From contig NW_027271543.1 in assembly GCF_040938485.1 (NCBI RefSeq), positions 1,612,001 to 1,676,000 of the forward strand: DNA of 64,000 nt. The letters are read 5' to 3'. Below the pieces are notes generated by a model, which searched no databases, was not told the origin of the DNA, and saw only the letters and a program-made list of their open reading frames with translations. The stretch comes from Diadema antillarum (lineage: Eukaryota). Shown here piece by piece: positions 61,058 through 64,000 of this stretch (position 1 is the stretch's first letter; every line of letters starts with the position of its first letter). A program made the translations under genes and the position numbers.

Positions 61058-64000
61058 TTATCCTAACGATACCACATAACGCGCCGGCCATCTGACATGG
61101 CGCCCCGATCTCGTTTGTCGGACCGGTGGATCCGACTTCGCAGCGGGCGTATCCGACGCCGTCGACGTCGCTGGGGGAGACTCGAGTGGGGAACGCGTTG
61201 TGTCGCGAGGCACTACTACATCGTCCGGCGCGCTGCTGCTCTCGACATGCGCGACTTTTAAGCGATCGACGCTCACCTGCTCTTTCTTGCCATTGATTTC
61301 GAGTGTGTAATGCCTAACGTTGCGTCGTAACACTTTGTAAGGCCCATCGTAGGGCTGTTGCAAGGGCTTACGAACTCGATCAACACGGACAAAAACATAA
61401 GAACAAGTGTGCAGGTCTGTCGGCACGTGAGTAGTCGTGTGTTGGGAGCGAGGCGGAGTAGGTGTGAATTGAGACATGTGGTTACGTAATCGAGAAACAT
61501 AATCGCTCGGGTCGACAGTGGTCTGCTGGGGAGCAACAAACTGAGCGGGCAAGCGCAGTGTCGTGCCGTAGACAAGTTCGGCTGGGGAGCACTTGAGGTC
61601 ATCTTTTACAGTAGAGCGAATGCCCAATAAGATGATCGGGATATGCTCAGTCCAGTGGGAGGGGTCGTTCTTCGCTTTTAGTGCAGCTTTCATCTGGCGG
61701 TGAAATCTCTCTATCATCCCGTTTGCTGCCGGATGATAGGCGGTAGTGCGAATCCTAGTCGTGCCTAACAACCGCGTTAATTGCTCAAATAGGCGTGATT
61801 CGAATTGAACTCCACGGTCTGTGGTGACCGTTTCCGGCGCGCCGTGCACTGCTACCCATCGTTCCACAAACACTTTAGCTACCGTCTCTGCTGTTATGTT
61901 GGGTATGGGCACTGCCTCGGGCCACCTCGTATATCGATCTATACAAGTGAAAACGTATGCATTGCCCTGTGAAGTAGGCAGTGGTCCTACTAAATCAATA
62001 TGAACATGCGCAAATCGTGCGTCAGGTGTACTGAATGTGCCGAGAGGAGCTTTGACGTGTCTATGAACTTTAGACTTCTGGCAAGGAATGCACTCGCGTG
62101 CCCACTTTCGAACATCTTTGTTGATGTTTGGCCACACGAACCGAGAAGTGATAGCTAGTTGGCTGGCTTTAACACCAGGATGAGATAAGCCATGGACTGA
62201 GTCAAATATCGCGCGCCTGTGGGATTGAGGAACGTACGGACGTGGCTTTTGGGTTGACATATCACAAATAATCTCACCACCAGTAGAAATGAGAGGCAAA
62301 CGTTCGAGTTTAAGGCTAGTATGTGGGTTTCGCAGCTCTGTTTGCAACTCGTCATCGCACTGCTGTGCTTGTGCCATCGATGCGTAGTCTACTGTTTCAG
62401 TCGTGTGGAGTGCGTTTACCGCAGGGCGGGAGAGCATGTCGGCTACTACATTTTCTGCCCCTTTTACGTGCCGAATGTCGGTAGTAAACTGGGATATGTA
62501 GTCAAGTTGCCGTACTTCGCGCGGGCTGTGACGGTCTGGCTTTGCATTGAACGCGTAAGTCAGGGGTTTGTGGTCTGTATATACACAGAAGTCACGGGCA
62601 TCAAGCATGTAACGAAAATGCTTGATAGTCAAGTAGATAGCAAGTAACTCTCGTCCGAAAGTACTGTACCTCGTCTCCGCTGCGTTCAACTTTCGAGAGA
62701 AAAAGGCGATTGGCTGCCAGGCCCCGTCAGTCAGTTGCTGTACCACGCCCCCGACTGCTCTGTCGGACGCGTCGACCATGATACTCAACGCTGATTGGGT
62801 AGAAGGGTAAGCCAATAGTGTGGCCTGTGCAACTTTCTCTTTGATTTCGTCGAATGCCACGTCGCATGCTGGTGTCCAGTGCAGTGGTTTTCGCGAGCGT
62901 GTTGCACGATTCCGGAGGAGGTCCGTGAGTGGTGTCAATGTTTCTGCGCAGTTTGGGATAAACCTACGGTAGAAATTGACCAGGCCTAAGAATGCACGCA
63001 GCTGCTTGACCGAAGTGGGCGTGGCGCATTGACGTATGGCTTCAACCTTTTCGGGCAGTGGGCTCACACCTTCGCTATTGATGCGGTGGCCCAAGAAATC
63101 AAGCGAATCTCTCCCGAATTCACATTTGCTTAGGTTTACTACTACGCCGTACTCTTGCAGTCTTGCAAAAAGCAAACGCAGATGGCGCTCGTGTTCTTCG
63201 TGATTCGCGCTTGCCACGAGGAGGTCGTCTATATATGCATAAACGAATGTGAGGCCACGAAGAACTTGGTCAATAAACCGCTGAAATGTCTGAGCTGCGT
63301 TGCGTAACCCAAATGGCATACGCAAAAACTCGAATAGGCCAAATGGTGTGCTAATCGCAGTTTTGCAAATGTCATCAGTCTCTACGGGGATCTGATGATA
63401 CGCCCTTACCAAGTCTATTTTCGAGAAAACGCGCTTGCCGTGCAAGTTTGAGGCAAAGTCCTGAATGTGAGGGACGGGGTAACGGTCGGGGATAGTTGCC
63501 TTATTCAAGGCGCGATAGTCTCCGCACGGCCGCCAATCCCCTTCAGTGCGTTTGGGCACCATGTGTAAAGGTGATGACCACGGGCTGTTGGACGGTCGCA
63601 CAATGCCGAGCTCGAGCATGTGTTCGAACTCGCGTTTGGCTACGGCTAGTCTGTCAGCTGTCAGTCGTCGTGGTTGTGCACTAACAGGTGGTCCCTTTGT
63701 CTCGATATGGTGTGTGATGTTATGTCGAACGTCGCTCTCTTTGTATACCGGTTTGGTTATGTCACTGAAGTCGGTCGTAAGCATGCATCGGTATGGGTCG
63801 TTGTCATCGTCGGCTGTCATATGTAAGCCGACGGGGTTGAGTCCGACGTTAACCGCAGTCTGTCCTGTGACATGCAAGTTTGTTACTGTGTCTATCAGTC
63901 GTCGTTGTTGGACATCGACCAAAAAGTGGAAGTGATGCAAAAAATCGGCACCGAGTATCGGTGTAGCCACATCGGCAATTATGAAAACCCATCTAAAATT
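61058..64000 (-). CDS. Pol polyprotein (end of protease - RT - RNase H - integrase), 5'-truncated by the window
   Basis: The frame is open to the window edge ([21 protein letters not shown]). Motifs: [45 protein letters not shown]...HPG...[26 protein letters not shown]; ends [12 protein letters not shown]. The clade call rests on recalled motif style, not a computed tree. Confidence 0.95.
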   Translation of the reverse strand, partial: NFRWVFIIADVATPILGADFLHHFHFLVDVQQRRLIDTVTNLHVTGQTAVNVGLNPVGLHMTADDDNDPYRCMLTTDFSDITKPVYKESDVRHNITHHIETKGPPVSAQPRRLTADRLAVAKREFEHMLELGIVRPSNSPWSSPLHMVPKRTEGDWRPCGDYRALNKATIPDRYPVPHIQDFASNLHGKRVFSKIDLVRAYHQIPVETDDICKTAISTPFGLFEFLRMPFGLRNAAQTFQRFIDQVLRGLTFVYAYIDDLLVASANHEEHERHLRLLFARLQEYGVVVNLSKCEFGRDSLDFLGHRINSEGVSPLPEKVEAIRQCATPTSVKQLRAFLGLVNFYRRFIPNCAETLTPLTDLLRNRATRSRKPLHWTPACDVAFDEIKEKVAQATLLAYPSTQSALSIMVDASDRAVGGVVQQLTDGAWQPIAFFSRKLNAAETRYSTFGRELLAIYLTIKHFRYMLDARDFCVYTDHKPLTYAFNAKPDRHSPREVRQLDYISQFTTDIRHVKGAENVVADMLSRPAVNALHTTETVDYASMAQAQQCDDELQTELRNPHTSLKLERLPLISTGGEIICDMSTQKPRPYVPQSHRRAIFDSVHGLSHPGVKASQLAITSRFVWPNINKDVRKWARECIPCQKSKVHRHVKAPLGTFSTPDARFAHVHIDLVGPLPTSQGNAYVFTCIDRYTRWPEAVPIPNITAETVAKVFVERWVAVHGAPETVTTDRGVQFESRLFEQLTRLLGTTRIRTTAYHPAANGMIERFHRQMKAALKAKNDPSHWTEHIPIILLGIRSTVKDDLKCSPAELVYGTTLRLPAQFVAPQQTTVDPSDYVSRLRNHMSQFTPTPPRSQHTTTHVPTDLHTCSYVFVRVDRVRKPLQQPYDGPYKVLRRNVRHYTLEINGKKEQVSVDRLKVAHVESSSAPDDVVVPRDTTRSPLESPPATSTASDTPAAKSDPPVRQTRSGRHVRWPARYVVSLG

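Larger units (their letters stand above)
59897..64000 (-). mobile_element. Second Ty3/Gypsy LTR retrotransposon (CsRn1/Boudicca-like), 5' part beyond the window edge; left boundary uncertain
   Basis: Intact pol frame, then a ~730-nt spacer, then PPT CTAGGGGGGG (60319-60328), then TGTAGCAGC at 60312. The shortest plausible LTR ends AATACACCACA at 59897. Confidence 0.85.

Noticed and set aside
61273-63935. Short overlapping ORFs within the second pol gene
   Set aside because: Alternative-frame or antisense by-products of GC-richer coding sequence.

Overview
AT-rich metazoan genomic DNA. The repeat landscape resembles a sea urchin or other invertebrate deuterostome; this is an inference. The window lies mostly inside a PTPN9 (PTP-MEG2)-like gene on the + strand. 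Two of its coding exons are recognisable (26149-26292 and 50332-50421, CRAL-TRIO/Sec14 N-terminus); exon 1 and exon 4 onward were not found. The 24-kb intron between these exons holds a complete, apparently very young Gmr1-type Ty3/Gypsy retrotransposon (31398-38741, - strand). It has 1114-bp LTRs in which I see no mismatch, an ATAT target-site duplication, and one uninterrupted gag-pol ORF with integrase before reverse transcriptase. It sits inside a small TIR element. The following intron holds the 3' part of a second, unrelated Gypsy (CsRn1/Boudicca-like; PR-RT-RH-IN), cut by the window edge, with a long 3' spacer and an ambiguous LTR boundary. The rest is intronic or intergenic DNA dense in non-autonomous TIR elements, microsatellites, a GA-rich tandem array and one assembly gap. 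I found no CRISPR array, rRNA or complete tRNA. I cannot support a wholly new biological system. The least explained signals are cis-acting RNA structures in the two retroelements.
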